64,000 nt of DNA, from contig OY843751.1 of assembly GCA_963693055.1 (NCBI GenBank), positions 3,648,001-3,712,000 of the forward strand, given 5' to 3'. The first letter of the stretch is position 1; every line of letters begins with the position of its first letter. Under the pieces are notes generated by a model. That model ran no database searches. It had not been told where the DNA came from and worked only from the letters and a program-made list of their open reading frames with translations. This DNA comes from a bacterium. Its GTDB lineage: Bacteria > Zhuqueibacterota > Zhuqueibacteria > Residuimicrobiales > Krinioviventaceae. Below, in pieces: positions 47,128-57,814 of the stretch. Position numbers and translations under genes: made by a program.

Positions 47128-49281
47128 TTATTTCCCCATCATCCACGCCAGATTAAACGCATAATATAACCTGCTGTCGCTTAAATGGATAATGCCGTCC
47201 GGGGTTTGGGTACCTGCCCAATATGAATGCGGCTGACCATGTGTCGAGTCCAGCACAAATTGCTCGTTCCAGGGAGCGGCAAGATGCCTTTCTTCCCCCT
47301 CTCTGACATCACTCAACACCCGAATGATCGGCCAGGTCTTGCCTTCATCCCAGGACAATGCGGCATAACTGCCAAAGAGGGTTGCGGGATTTCCATTGGC
47401 ATCCAGACCCTCCATCCCTTTGGGCGCAATGCTGACAAACAAAATCGGTTTTCTGCCCAATCCTTTGGGATCAAGCGAGGTATTTGAATATTCCAGACGA
47501 ATAAGCGCTGAACGCATAACCGAACTGATGGGCGGAAATATGGATTTGTGAACGGAAAACGTTTTGCCCTGATCATCAGAATAGCACATGGGCATGTTAC
47601 CAAAAGTTTCTCCATCGTCGCGATCAAAACACAAAATCCTGCCGTCGTTCAACTCGACTCCTACAATATGCTCTCCCGGGGGACCAGCCTTTTCTGTTTG
47701 CACGGACCAGGTCTTTCCGCCATCCTTGCTTATATTCACCGTCGAGCCGCTGCCGCCCACAGGTGAACCATCCGAAAAGGAAATAAAGCTGCCGTCTTGA
47801 AGCACAAACACGTTGCCCTGCGGCTGATTGCGGTCCGCTTGTAAATGAAAATCATCGAATCCCTGCTTAATGGTCACCGGCTCCGACCAGGTCACACCAT
47901 TGTTCGTGCTTTTGCTGAATGTCTGAGAGAGCTTGGACCATCTGCCGTCCGTGCTGATACCATTGAGTCGATACAGCGTAAAGGGTTCGTCAAATCCATT
48001 TGCTAACCGTACCGCATTGTTCCACAACTGGGTTCCGTGCATGTTCCGGTCCGCTTCTTTGTAAAACTCGGTTACCTGATCATCCCACACCAATTCACCG
48101 GATGCCTGTCGTCTCGCACGCAGGGCCAGCACAGTCAATGCCTGGTCTTTTTCGCTCTCTCCGGTAAACCATGCCATAAGCAGATCCCCATTCTCTCCCC
48201 AGGTGATTGCCGGAGAGTGATTATGGGTATACAGCGGAATGCTAAACTGCTCCAGGAGTTCGGGACTGTTGTAGGTTTCAACAATAGTATACAGGGATTT
48301 TAATTCATAATAAGACCGGGTGCTGTCTGTTGACCATTGATATTTTTCAGAACTTACATTTTGTGCCCAGATTTTGAGTTCATGCCGCAGAAAAGGTTTG
48401 GGCAAGGATTGTCCCTTGGGTACCCGCACGGGCCGGAATCCCATCAGAAAATGTCGGTCAGTTCTGCCGGATGAGATACGATTTGCCGCGCGCAATGTTT
48501 GGATATAGACATTGTGACAGCCGCCACGGACCACTTTGGAATCTCCATTCACATATCCAACAGGATCAACGGTGTCAGATGCTGCATAAGGACCATACCA
48601 GTCCATGCACAGTTCCTGCACATTTGCGCTCATGTCATACAGTCCCCACGCGTTTGGGCCCTCACGTCCAACAGTCAGGTCCACATCTTTTGGGGTAGTC
48701 CAGGCGATTCCGTTAGCGGGACGGTTGCCCCGTGTTACCAGCCAGGGGAAAATAATATTTTGATCAAAAAGCAGATCACCCAAAGGATTGTGATCATAGA
48801 TATTCTCTTTCACACCATCAATATAGAGTGTACGGGTTCCGGCTCGTGCGGCATATTCCCATTCCGCTTCGGTGGGTAAGCGGTAATCATGTTCCGGATC
48901 GTGTTGCGACATCCACTTGCAAAACGCCACAGCATTGTTCCAATTGACATATACCACAGCCTCATTATCATTGGCACTCATGCCCCAGGCCTTGCCGCGT
49001 AGTTTTGCATGATCAGGATCAAACAATTCATATTGCGCGTTGGTGATCTCGTATTTTGACATTTCAAATGACTGTGTAAGGGTAACCGGTCTTGCCGGCA
49101 GCTCATCCTGGATGAATATCGCTTTTTCAGCAGTGATGTATTCGGGGCCCAGATCCGCGCCCATCATAAAACGTCCGGCAGGAACAGGGACAAATTCCAG
49201 ATCAGGCAGATCATCTGCTAATACAGAAATACTAGTACAAAACACAAATAAAAAGAAAACAAATTTCAGATTTTTCATCAA
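47128..49281 (-). CDS. FGE-sulfatase (SUMF1-fold) domain fused to BNR/sialidase-like propeller
   Basis: F.MG, RLPTEAEWEYAARAG, NAWGLYDM..NV, GFR; Asp-boxes S.NNG.TW, SKDGGKTW, SDDQGKTF, SWDEGKTW. Confidence 0.85.
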   Translation of the reverse strand: MMKNLKFVFFLFVFCTSISVLADDLPDLEFVPVPAGRFMMGADLGPEYITAEKAIFIQDELPARPVTLTQSFEMSKYEITNAQYELFDPDHAKLRGKAWGMSANDNEAVVYVNWNNAVAFCKWMSQHDPEHDYRLPTEAEWEYAARAGTRTLYIDGVKENIYDHNPLGDLLFDQNIIFPWLVTRGNRPANGIAWTTPKDVDLTVGREGPNAWGLYDMSANVQELCMDWYGPYAASDTVDPVGYVNGDSKVVRGGCHNVYIQTLRAANRISSGRTDRHFLMGFRPVRVPKGQSLPKPFLRHELKIWAQNVSSEKYQWSTDSTRSYYELKSLYTIVETYNSPELLEQFSIPLYTHNHSPAITWGENGDLLMAWFTGESEKDQALTVLALRARRQASGELVWDDQVTEFYKEADRNMHGTQLWNNAVRLANGFDEPFTLYRLNGISTDGRWSKLSQTFSKSTNNGVTWSEPVTIKQGFDDFHLQADRNQPQGNVFVLQDGSFISFSDGSPVGGSGSTVNISKDGGKTWSVQTEKAGPPGEHIVGVELNDGRILCFDRDDGETFGNMPMCYSDDQGKTFSVHKSIFPPISSVMRSALIRLEYSNTSLDPKGLGRKPILFVSIAPKGMEGLDANGNPATLFGSYAALSWDEGKTWPIIRVLSDVREGEERHLAAPWNEQFVLDSTHGQPHSYWAGTQTPDGIIHLSDSRLYYAFNLAWMMGK

Positions 49282-49377
49282 TCATACCTCAAGCAAGGAA
49301 ACGATAGTTTAAAAAAAAGAACACGGAAAACACGAATAAGACGAATTTCCACTGATTATCTTTTATAACAAAATATA

Positions 49378-51294
49378 TTATTTTCCAAACCACACCTTCA
49401 TCTTACCTTCGCCCCGGTTTGACCAGGCATAGTAGGGTATGAGTGTCATATTTGGATTCTTAGCCGAGATCACATTCACGCCATTCAACAAATTATCCTG
49501 GTGTTCTATGTCAAATTGGGTTCCACCATCAATAATCAATTCCAAGAAATTGGGATTATCAATTTCTTCCGCGCAATACACAATAGGACCGTAATCGATG
49601 GCAGTCTTGCCATGGTCTTCTGCCACTCGGGTATCTGCAATGATCCGTTTGATGGTCATGGGGAATTCCAATTCTATACGGTCCCCTTTTTTCCACGTCC
49701 GGGTGATCTCTGCAAAGCCTTTATTATACACAAAGTCAACCGGTTCACCATTGATTAAAATCGAAAACTCCATAGCGCTGTTGGATGAATAGCTGTACAG
49801 ATTTCCCGGCAATGTACGGTCAAGCACCCATCCCGGTATACGCAGCTTGAGGGTCATGAGGATCTCTTTTGCCGGATCCAGTTTAATCTCTGCATTGCCA
49901 TTCCAGGGGAACCCGGAAGTCTGTTCAAGACGCATATCCGTATGATTGATACTGAACCGGGCATTGCTTCCCACATACAGGTTGATATAAAGGCTGTCCT
50001 CATTGACCGCATAGATCAAATTGGGAATGGACGGTATAAACCGGATGATATTTGTGGGACAGCATGAGCAGTCGAACCAGCCTTGTCGGGTGCGTGAGCC
50101 CTGGTTAAACTTGTATTCCCCATCCGCTTCAAGGGGATTGGGATAGAAAAAGTGGGTACCGTCAAGCGACAGACCTGCAAGCATTCCGTTATAAAGCGTC
50201 CGTTCAATCACATCGATATATTTAGCATTGCCTGTCAGTTGAAACAGACGCTGATTCCAGTAAATACTACCGATTGCGGCACAAGTCTCGTTATAAGCGG
50301 TTAAATTGGGAAGCTCATAATTTTCCCCAAAAGATTCTCCGCTATGTCTGGCGCCAATACCGCCGGTAAGATACATTTTCTTGCCCACCATATTTTCCCA
50401 AAGCGCATTTACTGCTTTTAAATACTCTGTATCTCCATAGATAGCAGCAATATCCGTCATGCCCGCATACATGTACACGGCACGCACCGCATGTCCTACC
50501 ACCTCATCCTGTTCTGTCACCGGCAGATGGTCCTGGCTGTATGCTCCATACAAATCATGGGACAAAGAATCGCCGCGCTGGTCCAGAAAATATTTTGCCA
50601 GTTCAAGATATTTCTCCTCTTTGCTGATTCGATAAAGTTTGATCAAACCCGTTTCTACAATCTGGTGTCCCGGTGTTGCCTGCAACTTTTCAGGACCAAA
50701 AACCTCTGTCAGCAGGTCCGCGTTTTTCAAAGCAATATTTAAAAATACCGTATCCCCTGTTGCATAATAATTGGCAGCAGCCGCTTCAAACATGTGGCCG
50801 CTGTTGTACAGTTCGTGACTCGCTCCCAGGTGCTCCCAGCGCTCGCCGGGATTCACCCATTTTGCAGGTGGATTGTGGGGATCAATGGTCCGCCAGGTGG
50901 TCAGGTATCCATCCTCTTCCTGTCCCACTTTAATGATTGCAATCACCGAGTCAATATATGCTTTGAGTTTTGGGTCCGGTGCACTGATCAACGAGTAAGA
51001 AGCGCCTTCAATAATCTTGTAAAGATCTGTATCATCAAAGGGCATTTTGCCGCAGGTTTTACCTTCCAGCTTGCCGCCGGCAATAAGAAAATTGTCCATA
51101 CGGCCCTCGGTGCTGCATTTATCAAACGCATATTGAATGGTCTTTTCCTGCACTGTTTTGATAATGGGCAGCCAAAATCCATCCGTCAGCTCGACATTTT
51201 TAACATCCACAGAAGATATGGGATAATCGTGCAATTTTGTTCGTGTTCCGCAGCCTAAAAACAAAGCGATCAGTAGAATCCATGTTTTCTTCAT
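49378..51294 (-). CDS. GH127 beta-L-arabinofuranosidase-family lipoprotein
   Basis: HELY..GH, GHAVRA.Y, YNETCA, CSCCP.N, IPYYAW.NR; LGC lipobox. Confidence 0.92.
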   Translation of the reverse strand: MKKTWILLIALFLGCGTRTKLHDYPISSVDVKNVELTDGFWLPIIKTVQEKTIQYAFDKCSTEGRMDNFLIAGGKLEGKTCGKMPFDDTDLYKIIEGASYSLISAPDPKLKAYIDSVIAIIKVGQEEDGYLTTWRTIDPHNPPAKWVNPGERWEHLGASHELYNSGHMFEAAAANYYATGDTVFLNIALKNADLLTEVFGPEKLQATPGHQIVETGLIKLYRISKEEKYLELAKYFLDQRGDSLSHDLYGAYSQDHLPVTEQDEVVGHAVRAVYMYAGMTDIAAIYGDTEYLKAVNALWENMVGKKMYLTGGIGARHSGESFGENYELPNLTAYNETCAAIGSIYWNQRLFQLTGNAKYIDVIERTLYNGMLAGLSLDGTHFFYPNPLEADGEYKFNQGSRTRQGWFDCSCCPTNIIRFIPSIPNLIYAVNEDSLYINLYVGSNARFSINHTDMRLEQTSGFPWNGNAEIKLDPAKEILMTLKLRIPGWVLDRTLPGNLYSYSSNSAMEFSILINGEPVDFVYNKGFAEITRTWKKGDRIELEFPMTIKRIIADTRVAEDHGKTAIDYGPIVYCAEEIDNPNFLELIIDGGTQFDIEHQDNLLNGVNVISAKNPNMTLIPYYAWSNRGEGKMKVWFGK

Positions 51295-51421
51295 GTTAAC
51301 CTCTTTACTACAACTCTTTATATGATTGATCTTGAATATAAAATAAGAAAATAAAACCCCTGAGCAAACAGAAAATAAGAAATACCGGAAAAATATTCCG
51401 GGTTCAACATCCCCTCATATT

Positions 51422-52504
51422 TTACTGAATTGATACAGGTTTGAGGAAAATGCTCTCTTTAATTTCGTCCAGCTTTAAATCCGCAATATCCCGTCCCATT
51501 TCATCCAGTATTGCTTTATTATCGGACAATTGGATTTCCACGACGCTTTTTTCATCCATTACCAGAAACGTTTTCATGGGAAATCTTTTTTCCGAAACAA
51601 TATTATTATTTTTGTCACGTATTATTACTTCCTGTAACAAACAAAATTCGATTAAAAAATGGAAATCCTCAATAGTGTTATCTTTATCTTTTGTATCAGT
51701 AGGGACACAGGTCACCCAAAGATTGTACTCTAAATCGCCGCCAGTATTGGCTTTAATTTTTTTTACTGGAATCTTTAGGGATTGCAAAGGCATAACATTT
51801 GTGAAAACCTGGTCATGTCCTATTGAGGGACTGTATTTTAAATCAAAATTCCATGGAATTTTGACTAAATCAATATCACGAAAATACGATACAAAATCTT
51901 TAAACGGTTCATTTAATACGGACGCTGAAACAGACTCGAACCAGAACGAGTTGAATATGATCTTTTTATCATCCTGATATAACAGCAATTTCTCGCTACC
52001 GTCATCCATAAAATCCTTTAAAGGCGAACTATTTGCAACTTTTGCAAACTGCCGGGCAATCTGTTTTTTGTTCAGGGAGTAATAATCCAGTTTATACTGA
52101 TTATCACTCTCGGGTATGTATGTAAACTGCTCAACATTAAAAATTATATCCCTGATTTTAAAATTCTCAATGTCATCAAAAACCGGTGTAAATCCAATAT
52201 TCCACCTTTTGTTAAAATACTGTCCGTTTCTTTTATAAGCTTTTTGAAGTTCTGCAATATCGTCACTATTCAACCGTGTAAAACAAGCCCCGTTTGTACA
52301 ATCCGAAACAATTTGATTATCATGGATCAACAAGACACAATAAGGGTCCATGTCTGCAATGCGGGTGTGCATCTTACCGATTCGGGTCAGTTGCTTTGAT
52401 TGATAACTGTATTCATATTGCTTAATGCTTACAAATACATCCTGTGCATGAATACGGGAACAGAACAAAAAGGATATAAATACAATTAAAATCCGTTTAT
52501 TCAT
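51422..52504 (-). CDS. Hypothetical exported protein in ECF operon
   Basis: Signal peptide; overlaps the upstream gene by 8 nt. Confidence 0.6.
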   Translation of the reverse strand: MNKRILIVFISFLFCSRIHAQDVFVSIKQYEYSYQSKQLTRIGKMHTRIADMDPYCVLLIHDNQIVSDCTNGACFTRLNSDDIAELQKAYKRNGQYFNKRWNIGFTPVFDDIENFKIRDIIFNVEQFTYIPESDNQYKLDYYSLNKKQIARQFAKVANSSPLKDFMDDGSEKLLLYQDDKKIIFNSFWFESVSASVLNEPFKDFVSYFRDIDLVKIPWNFDLKYSPSIGHDQVFTNVMPLQSLKIPVKKIKANTGGDLEYNLWVTCVPTDTKDKDNTIEDFHFLIEFCLLQEVIIRDKNNNIVSEKRFPMKTFLVMDEKSVVEIQLSDNKAILDEMGRDIADLKLDEIKESIFLKPVSIQ

Positions 52505-52823
52505 CTGATGCTCCTTCTGATGAAATCCTGTCCTTATTAGTCAATTGTACAACCTGGGTTGGTGTAAATTCAGAAATTGTAATTCTTTCCGCTGAAACAA
52601 TCTGGGTAGGAGTAAAATCCTGATCGGTGGGTACTTGCTGAATTGTACAAACAAACAGGACGATGATCAAAATACCGGCTATTGCCAGTCCATATATGCT
52701 AACCGGATAATTATTCTGAAAGGGTATCTCAGAAATAAGTTTTCTTAACAGGGTTTCATCCGGCTCATGTTCAGATTCAAATACATGCCTTAACCTATTA
52801 TCAATATTTTTTTCCTGCTTCAT
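52497..52823 (-). CDS. Putative small membrane anti-sigma factor
   Basis: One TM helix; 4-nt overlap with the ECF sigma gene. Confidence 0.6.
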   Translation of the reverse strand: MKQEKNIDNRLRHVFESEHEPDETLLRKLISEIPFQNNYPVSIYGLAIAGILIIVLFVCTIQQVPTDQDFTPTQIVSAERITISEFTPTQVVQLTNKDRISSEGASDE

Positions 52824-53404
52824 TTCAACTCCTGCACATTCTTATTTTGACGCAGTTGTTCCAAACCAGCATTTAAACGTGATTTCACTGTTCCTTTGGG
52901 AATCTCGAGAATTTTAGAAATCTCTGATATGGACAGTTCGTTTTGGTAATGTAAAATAATCGCAGCCTTTAGTTTTTGTGGTAGTTGGTTAATTTGTTCA
53001 ATTAATAAAACAAATTCCATATCATGCAAATTGTCATTGTACTCTATGTATGAATCACTAAACTTTTCAAGTATCTGATCATCATATAACAAGGTTTGTT
53101 TTCTTTGCCAGTCCAGAAATGTATTATATGCAATTTTATAAGACCAAGTTGAAAACCTGGATTTCCCATTAAATCCTTTAATATTTTGCCAAATTTTAAT
53201 AAAGGTTTCCTGTGTTAGATCTTCTGCAGTTTGCTTGTGCTTGCAAAAACTCAAAATGATTGAATAGACCTGTTTATAATTGGCCTTTATCAACTTTTCA
53301 GCTGCACTCCTATCATTCTGTTTTACAAGACAAATCAGAATTTTTTCATGAACAGGAATCAATTCATATCCGCTTTTTATTATTAAGACGTAAAAATTAT
53401 TCAA
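52820..53404 (-). CDS. ECF sigma factor
   Basis: AEDLTQETF, FSTWSYKIAYN, LSI.EI..IL.IP.GTVKSRL; true start uncertain. Confidence 0.9.
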   Translation of the reverse strand: MNNFYVLIIKSGYELIPVHEKILICLVKQNDRSAAEKLIKANYKQVYSIILSFCKHKQTAEDLTQETFIKIWQNIKGFNGKSRFSTWSYKIAYNTFLDWQRKQTLLYDDQILEKFSDSYIEYNDNLHDMEFVLLIEQINQLPQKLKAAIILHYQNELSISEISKILEIPKGTVKSRLNAGLEQLRQNKNVQELK

Positions 53405-53685
53405 GGTGTTCGGTTTTTAATACCCATATTATAATATTTATTTCACACAAATATTCAAATAGAAAAAACAAACATTTTTAATTCACTTCAATTTGAGCCT
53501 CAAAAAAACTATTGCGTTCAACTCAAATAATGCTTATAATCATTCACATGTTTTTTGACGCAAAATGGTAAAAATGCCGCTATTAACAAAACATATATTA
53601 CTCTCTGCAAATTATCATTGAAATTATAAATTCTGTTAATATCCGATTATGATCGGAACTGAATCCTGAACGGAAAGGACCAACT

Positions 53686-54420
53686 ATGCACGTTGTTGGA
53701 ATCATCCCAGCCCGGTATGGCTCTTCCCGATTTCCCGGCAAAATCATTGCTGACATTGCGGGCAAGTCCATGATCCAAAGGGTTTACGAACAGTCTCAAA
53801 AATCAAAATTGTTAAATGATCTCTATGTTGCTGTAGATGATCAAAAAGTTATGGATGTGGTTGAAGGCTTTGGCGGTAAAGCAGTCATGACAGGCGCCCA
53901 CCACCAATCCGGAACCGATCGCATTGCCGAAGTTATGGACAAGGTTAATTGTGATATTGTGGTCAACATTCAGGGAGATCAACCCCTGTTCGACGCAAAC
54001 ATGATTGATGAAGCGGTAGCCCCCATGCTCGACAATCCTGAAATACAAATGTCCACACTTAAAGTAAAAATTGGTCAGGAAAGCTACCAGGACCCTGCGG
54101 TTGTCAAAGTTGTCACAGATCTTGACAACTTTGCATTATATTTTTCCCGGTCGCTGGTACCTTTTCCGCGCGAGGGACAGGATATAGATGTTTTTGAACA
54201 CGTGGGACTCTATGTGTATCGCAGAGATTTTATTTTAAACATAGCGAAACTATCCCCCTCTCCTCTTGAAAAAATTGAAATGCTGGAACAATTACGTGTC
54301 CTTGAAAATGGATATAAAATTTATGTCGCAGAAACAACCTGTACCAAAGAATCAGGCATGAGTGTAGATACACCGCAAGACTTGGAAGCTGTCGTAAAAA
54401 TCATCAACAATATGGAGTAA
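53686..54420 (+). CDS. kdsB: 3-deoxy-manno-octulosonate cytidylyltransferase (CMP-Kdo synthetase)
   Basis: IIPARYGSSRFPGK, SGTDR, NIQGD.P, ALYFSRS, HVGLY, LEQLR.LENG, SVDT..DL. Confidence 0.93.
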   Translation: MHVVGIIPARYGSSRFPGKIIADIAGKSMIQRVYEQSQKSKLLNDLYVAVDDQKVMDVVEGFGGKAVMTGAHHQSGTDRIAEVMDKVNCDIVVNIQGDQPLFDANMIDEAVAPMLDNPEIQMSTLKVKIGQESYQDPAVVKVVTDLDNFALYFSRSLVPFPREGQDIDVFEHVGLYVYRRDFILNIAKLSPSPLEKIEMLEQLRVLENGYKIYVAETTCTKESGMSVDTPQDLEAVVKIINNME

Positions 54421-54427
54421 TAATATT

Positions 54428-55618
54428 ATGGCTGTAAATCGATCCGTAATAGAAAACCTGTATAACAGTCTTGATCCAACAGTTAAAAATCAGGTGGAAC
54501 AAGCATTAAACAGCATTATTTCCGCAAAACAAAAAGACGGTAAAGTGGTTGTTGTTACAGGCAGCGGTCCCAATGTTCATGAAGGCATAACAACATTGAT
54601 TGCAGAGCTTATTCATAAAGGCATTATCGATGGTGTTACTACCAGTTCTGCAGTCATTGCGCATGAAATGGCAGGTGCTCTGGATCGTGTGAAACGTGTT
54701 GATGGGAAAAAGCTGGGTTTTAATCCCGCTATACTACCGCGTGGTCATATTTTTGAAGCAACAATTCTGACAGATGAATGGACATCCATCCTTGAACAGG
54801 AAATGCTGCTTGACAAAGAACTCATCAGTAAAACCCTTGCAACCGATGGTCAGACAATAATCAAAGCTGCAGGTAACATGGCTTACCCCATGGGTTTACG
54901 GACCGAGAATCTTGCCAAAGAAATCATGATTATGGCTAAAAGCAAAGGTCAATCCTTTGAAGCTGTAGCGGGTGCTGGCTCAGATCGTATGACCATGCTG
55001 GGTGCGGGATTTGAAAAAGGTGTACCGGTGCTGGTTACACTTCCGCAGCTTGTTGGCGGTGGTATGGTAGGCCTGGCAATTGGTGACTCTATATCTATAA
55101 TCGAGCGTTCAACACAAATCTCCAGAATGATGGCCAGTGCGGATGTAATTATCGAATCGGCAGTGGCATTGACTCAGGAAATCCATGACGGTCCGTTCGA
55201 AACCTATACCGGTCATGGAATCTGGGCGCACTGGGAAGGATACAAAACCTACAGTCTGGATGGAAAATCACTCATACGTATCGATACAGATCCCAATCTG
55301 CAAAAAGCCTGGGACTTTGAAAAAAATTCAAGCACCGTTCAGGAAGCAATTGATAAAGGATTGCCGAAAACCAAGCTCATGGATATCCCCTTTAGAATGG
55401 AGATGTCTGGTTTTGCAAGGCTTGAAAAAAGCATACCCGTAGTCGGAGATATTGGTGCAATCTGGCCCATTCTTGCCCTCAAGCTTGAACAAGCGCTCGG
55501 ATTTGAACTTGATTTTATATCGTACCCACAGCAGACTCCGGAAGGTCAGGAAATGCGCAACTGGATTGTTGAGAATATACAACCGCTTGATAAAAAGAAA
55601 ATGATCAAAAACAGTTAA
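54428..55618 (+). CDS. Deoxyhypusine-synthase-like (NAD-binding) fold protein of unknown function
   Basis: VVVTGSGPN.HEGI..LI..LI.KG.IDG.TTS.A...HE, GVPVLV and C-terminal GDIG.IWP resemble DHS blocks; by-eye assignment. Confidence 0.55.
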   Translation: MAVNRSVIENLYNSLDPTVKNQVEQALNSIISAKQKDGKVVVVTGSGPNVHEGITTLIAELIHKGIIDGVTTSSAVIAHEMAGALDRVKRVDGKKLGFNPAILPRGHIFEATILTDEWTSILEQEMLLDKELISKTLATDGQTIIKAAGNMAYPMGLRTENLAKEIMIMAKSKGQSFEAVAGAGSDRMTMLGAGFEKGVPVLVTLPQLVGGGMVGLAIGDSISIIERSTQISRMMASADVIIESAVALTQEIHDGPFETYTGHGIWAHWEGYKTYSLDGKSLIRIDTDPNLQKAWDFEKNSSTVQEAIDKGLPKTKLMDIPFRMEMSGFARLEKSIPVVGDIGAIWPILALKLEQALGFELDFISYPQQTPEGQEMRNWIVENIQPLDKKKMIKNS

Positions 55619-55687
55619 TCCGTAGTTAAGGATAATGAGGTTAAACAGAGCTTACAAGAATTATTTGATAAATTTCAGGAGATTACT

Positions 55688-57088
55688 ATGGAACCAACCA
55701 AAAATGTAAAGGACGACAAGGACCAGGTGAGTCGTCGTACCTTTATTAAAGGCGCTGCCGCGGCAACCGCTTTTACGATTGTTCCCCGTCATGTATTGGG
55801 TGGAACGGATGAACTCTCTCCCAGTGACAAATTAAATGTCGCTTGTGTAGGTATTGGTGGCATGGGTAAAAACAATACCAGACATGTTGCAACGACTGAA
55901 AATATTGTAGCACTTTGTGATATTGACAAAGCTTATGCCGCTCCGGTTTGGGAACTCTATCCCAAAGCTAAACAATATCACGATTACCGAGTAATGCTTG
56001 AAAAACAAAAAGACATTGATGCTGTTATTGTAGCGACTCCGGATCACACACACGCCTTTGTTGCGCTTGCCTGTATGGAAGAAGGCAAACATGTGTATGT
56101 TCAAAAACCCATGACGCACTCGGTTTTCGAAGCCCGCAAGCTCACCGAAGCTGCTCGTAAATACGGTGTAGCCACACAAATGGGTAACCAGGGTCATTCG
56201 AACGACGGCGCACGCATGCTCTGTGAATGGATCTGGGATGGTGCCATTGGTGACGTTCATACCGTTCACGCATGGACCAACCGTCCCGTTTGGCCGCAGG
56301 GTGTTGAAGTAGGTCGCCCTAAAGAAACTCCTCCCGTACCTGAAACATTGGACTGGGACATGTGGTTAGGACCTGCCCCATACCGTCCCTATCACCCAAC
56401 CTATCTGCCTGAATTTTGGCGCGCATGGTGGGATTTTGGTACCGGTTCTTTGGGAGATTTGGGTTGTCATATTCTTGATCCTGTTTTCTGGGCATTGAAA
56501 TTAAAATATCCGGAAAGTGTTGAAGGTAACATTTCAACCTATTGGGAAGGATTCTGGAAATATACCGAACCGAAGAATGAGACCTACCCCCGCTCTACAA
56601 TTGTACGGTACAAGTTCCCCGAACGTGAAGGCATGCCGCCAGTTAAACTGACATGGTGGGACGGTGGTTTGATGCCACCAAGACCCGATGAATTGGAAGA
56701 AGGTCGTCGTATGGGTGACGAAGACGGTGGTTTGCTAGTTATTGGTGACAAAGGCACCATTATGACCGGCTGCTATGGTAAAGGTGTTCGCTTGATCCCA
56801 GAAACAAAAATGCAGGAATACAAGAAACCTGAACCTACATTGAAAAGAGTTCCTGGTGGAGAATCTGGTCACGAAGCTGACTGGATTCAGGCTTGTAAAG
56901 GCGGAGACCCAGCTTGTTCGAACTTTGATTATTCTGGTCCCTTGACCGAGATGGTCCTTATGGGTAATCTGGCGGTACGTTTTCCGCAGAAACGCCTGTT
57001 GTGGGACGGTCCCAATATGAAAGTGACCAACGATGAAACCGCAAACGCCTATGTTCAACGCGAATATCGTGAGGGCTGGGTTCTGTAA
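55688..57088 (+). CDS. Tat-exported Gfo/Idh/MocA oxidoreductase
   Basis: SRRTFIK, VGIGGMG, ATPDHTH, HVYVQKP, GDLGCH. Confidence 0.92.
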   Translation: MEPTKNVKDDKDQVSRRTFIKGAAAATAFTIVPRHVLGGTDELSPSDKLNVACVGIGGMGKNNTRHVATTENIVALCDIDKAYAAPVWELYPKAKQYHDYRVMLEKQKDIDAVIVATPDHTHAFVALACMEEGKHVYVQKPMTHSVFEARKLTEAARKYGVATQMGNQGHSNDGARMLCEWIWDGAIGDVHTVHAWTNRPVWPQGVEVGRPKETPPVPETLDWDMWLGPAPYRPYHPTYLPEFWRAWWDFGTGSLGDLGCHILDPVFWALKLKYPESVEGNISTYWEGFWKYTEPKNETYPRSTIVRYKFPEREGMPPVKLTWWDGGLMPPRPDELEEGRRMGDEDGGLLVIGDKGTIMTGCYGKGVRLIPETKMQEYKKPEPTLKRVPGGESGHEADWIQACKGGDPACSNFDYSGPLTEMVLMGNLAVRFPQKRLLWDGPNMKVTNDETANAYVQREYREGWVL

Positions 57089-57099
57089 GAAAATTTTTG

Positions 57100-57130
57100 G
57101 CCCGGAAGGTTTTGCCCTTCCGGGTTTTTT
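57100..57130 (+). terminator. Intrinsic terminator
   Basis: CCCGGAAGG-N6-CCTTCCGGG-TTTTTT. Confidence 0.75.
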
Positions 57131-57150
57131 ATAATTTAAACCCCTCGATT

Positions 57151-57798
57151 CTAATTTAAAAAATCCGGTACGCTATCTGCTTTTGCATAGGGATATTCAG
57201 CGATCATTTTAACCTGATGATACATATCCAAACCCGATACACAAACATCATCCACTGCGTTTAATTGCAAACGGCCATCATCCAATAGTGCAGATTTTTG
57301 AACCAATATATGTTCAACCTGCCCAATGATTAATTTGGTATCATTTAAAGAAATAGGAATTTCCTGTACAAATCGCAATCCCATTTTTATCTTACTCTCT
57401 GCAACAAAAGGGGCTTTAAATTCCTCCTGCATTTCCATTTTTAAACCACAGGCCTCGAATTCTGAAACATCCGCAGCAAATTTTGCCGATGTATAATGGG
57501 CATTTTCCACAAAATCCTTATGCACATGGTTCATTGTGTATACACCGGTTTGTACAATGTTATGGTAGGTGTGGCTGAAATCTTTTAAAAGGGGTCTCTG
57601 AATAAATCCAATCAAAGGCGGATTCGCACCTATATGAACAATATTTTCAAATACTGCAAGATTGGGAATATTGTCATCAGAAATAGTACCGATCAACATA
57701 ACCGGCTTATATCCCGATAACGTATTGATGAGATTGGTACGGTAAAACCGGTCCATAGATTCAATATCTTTACCGGAGAAATATGTCAAATTTCCCAT
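57151..57798 (-). CDS. Flavin reductase-like (DIM6/NTAB) protein
   Basis: LIN.LSGYK, NLAVF...VHIGANPPL, SEFE..GL, PFV.ES. Confidence 0.85.
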   Translation of the reverse strand: MGNLTYFSGKDIESMDRFYRTNLINTLSGYKPVMLIGTISDDNIPNLAVFENIVHIGANPPLIGFIQRPLLKDFSHTYHNIVQTGVYTMNHVHKDFVENAHYTSAKFAADVSEFEACGLKMEMQEEFKAPFVAESKIKMGLRFVQEIPISLNDTKLIIGQVEHILVQKSALLDDGRLQLNAVDDVCVSGLDMYHQVKMIAEYPYAKADSVPDFLN

Positions 57799-57814
57799 TT
57801 TTAACTCCTTTATT

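Noticed and set aside
49318-49360. ACACGGAAAACACGAATAAGACGAAT short imperfect repeats
   Set aside because: Only 3 degenerate units; cannot support an element call
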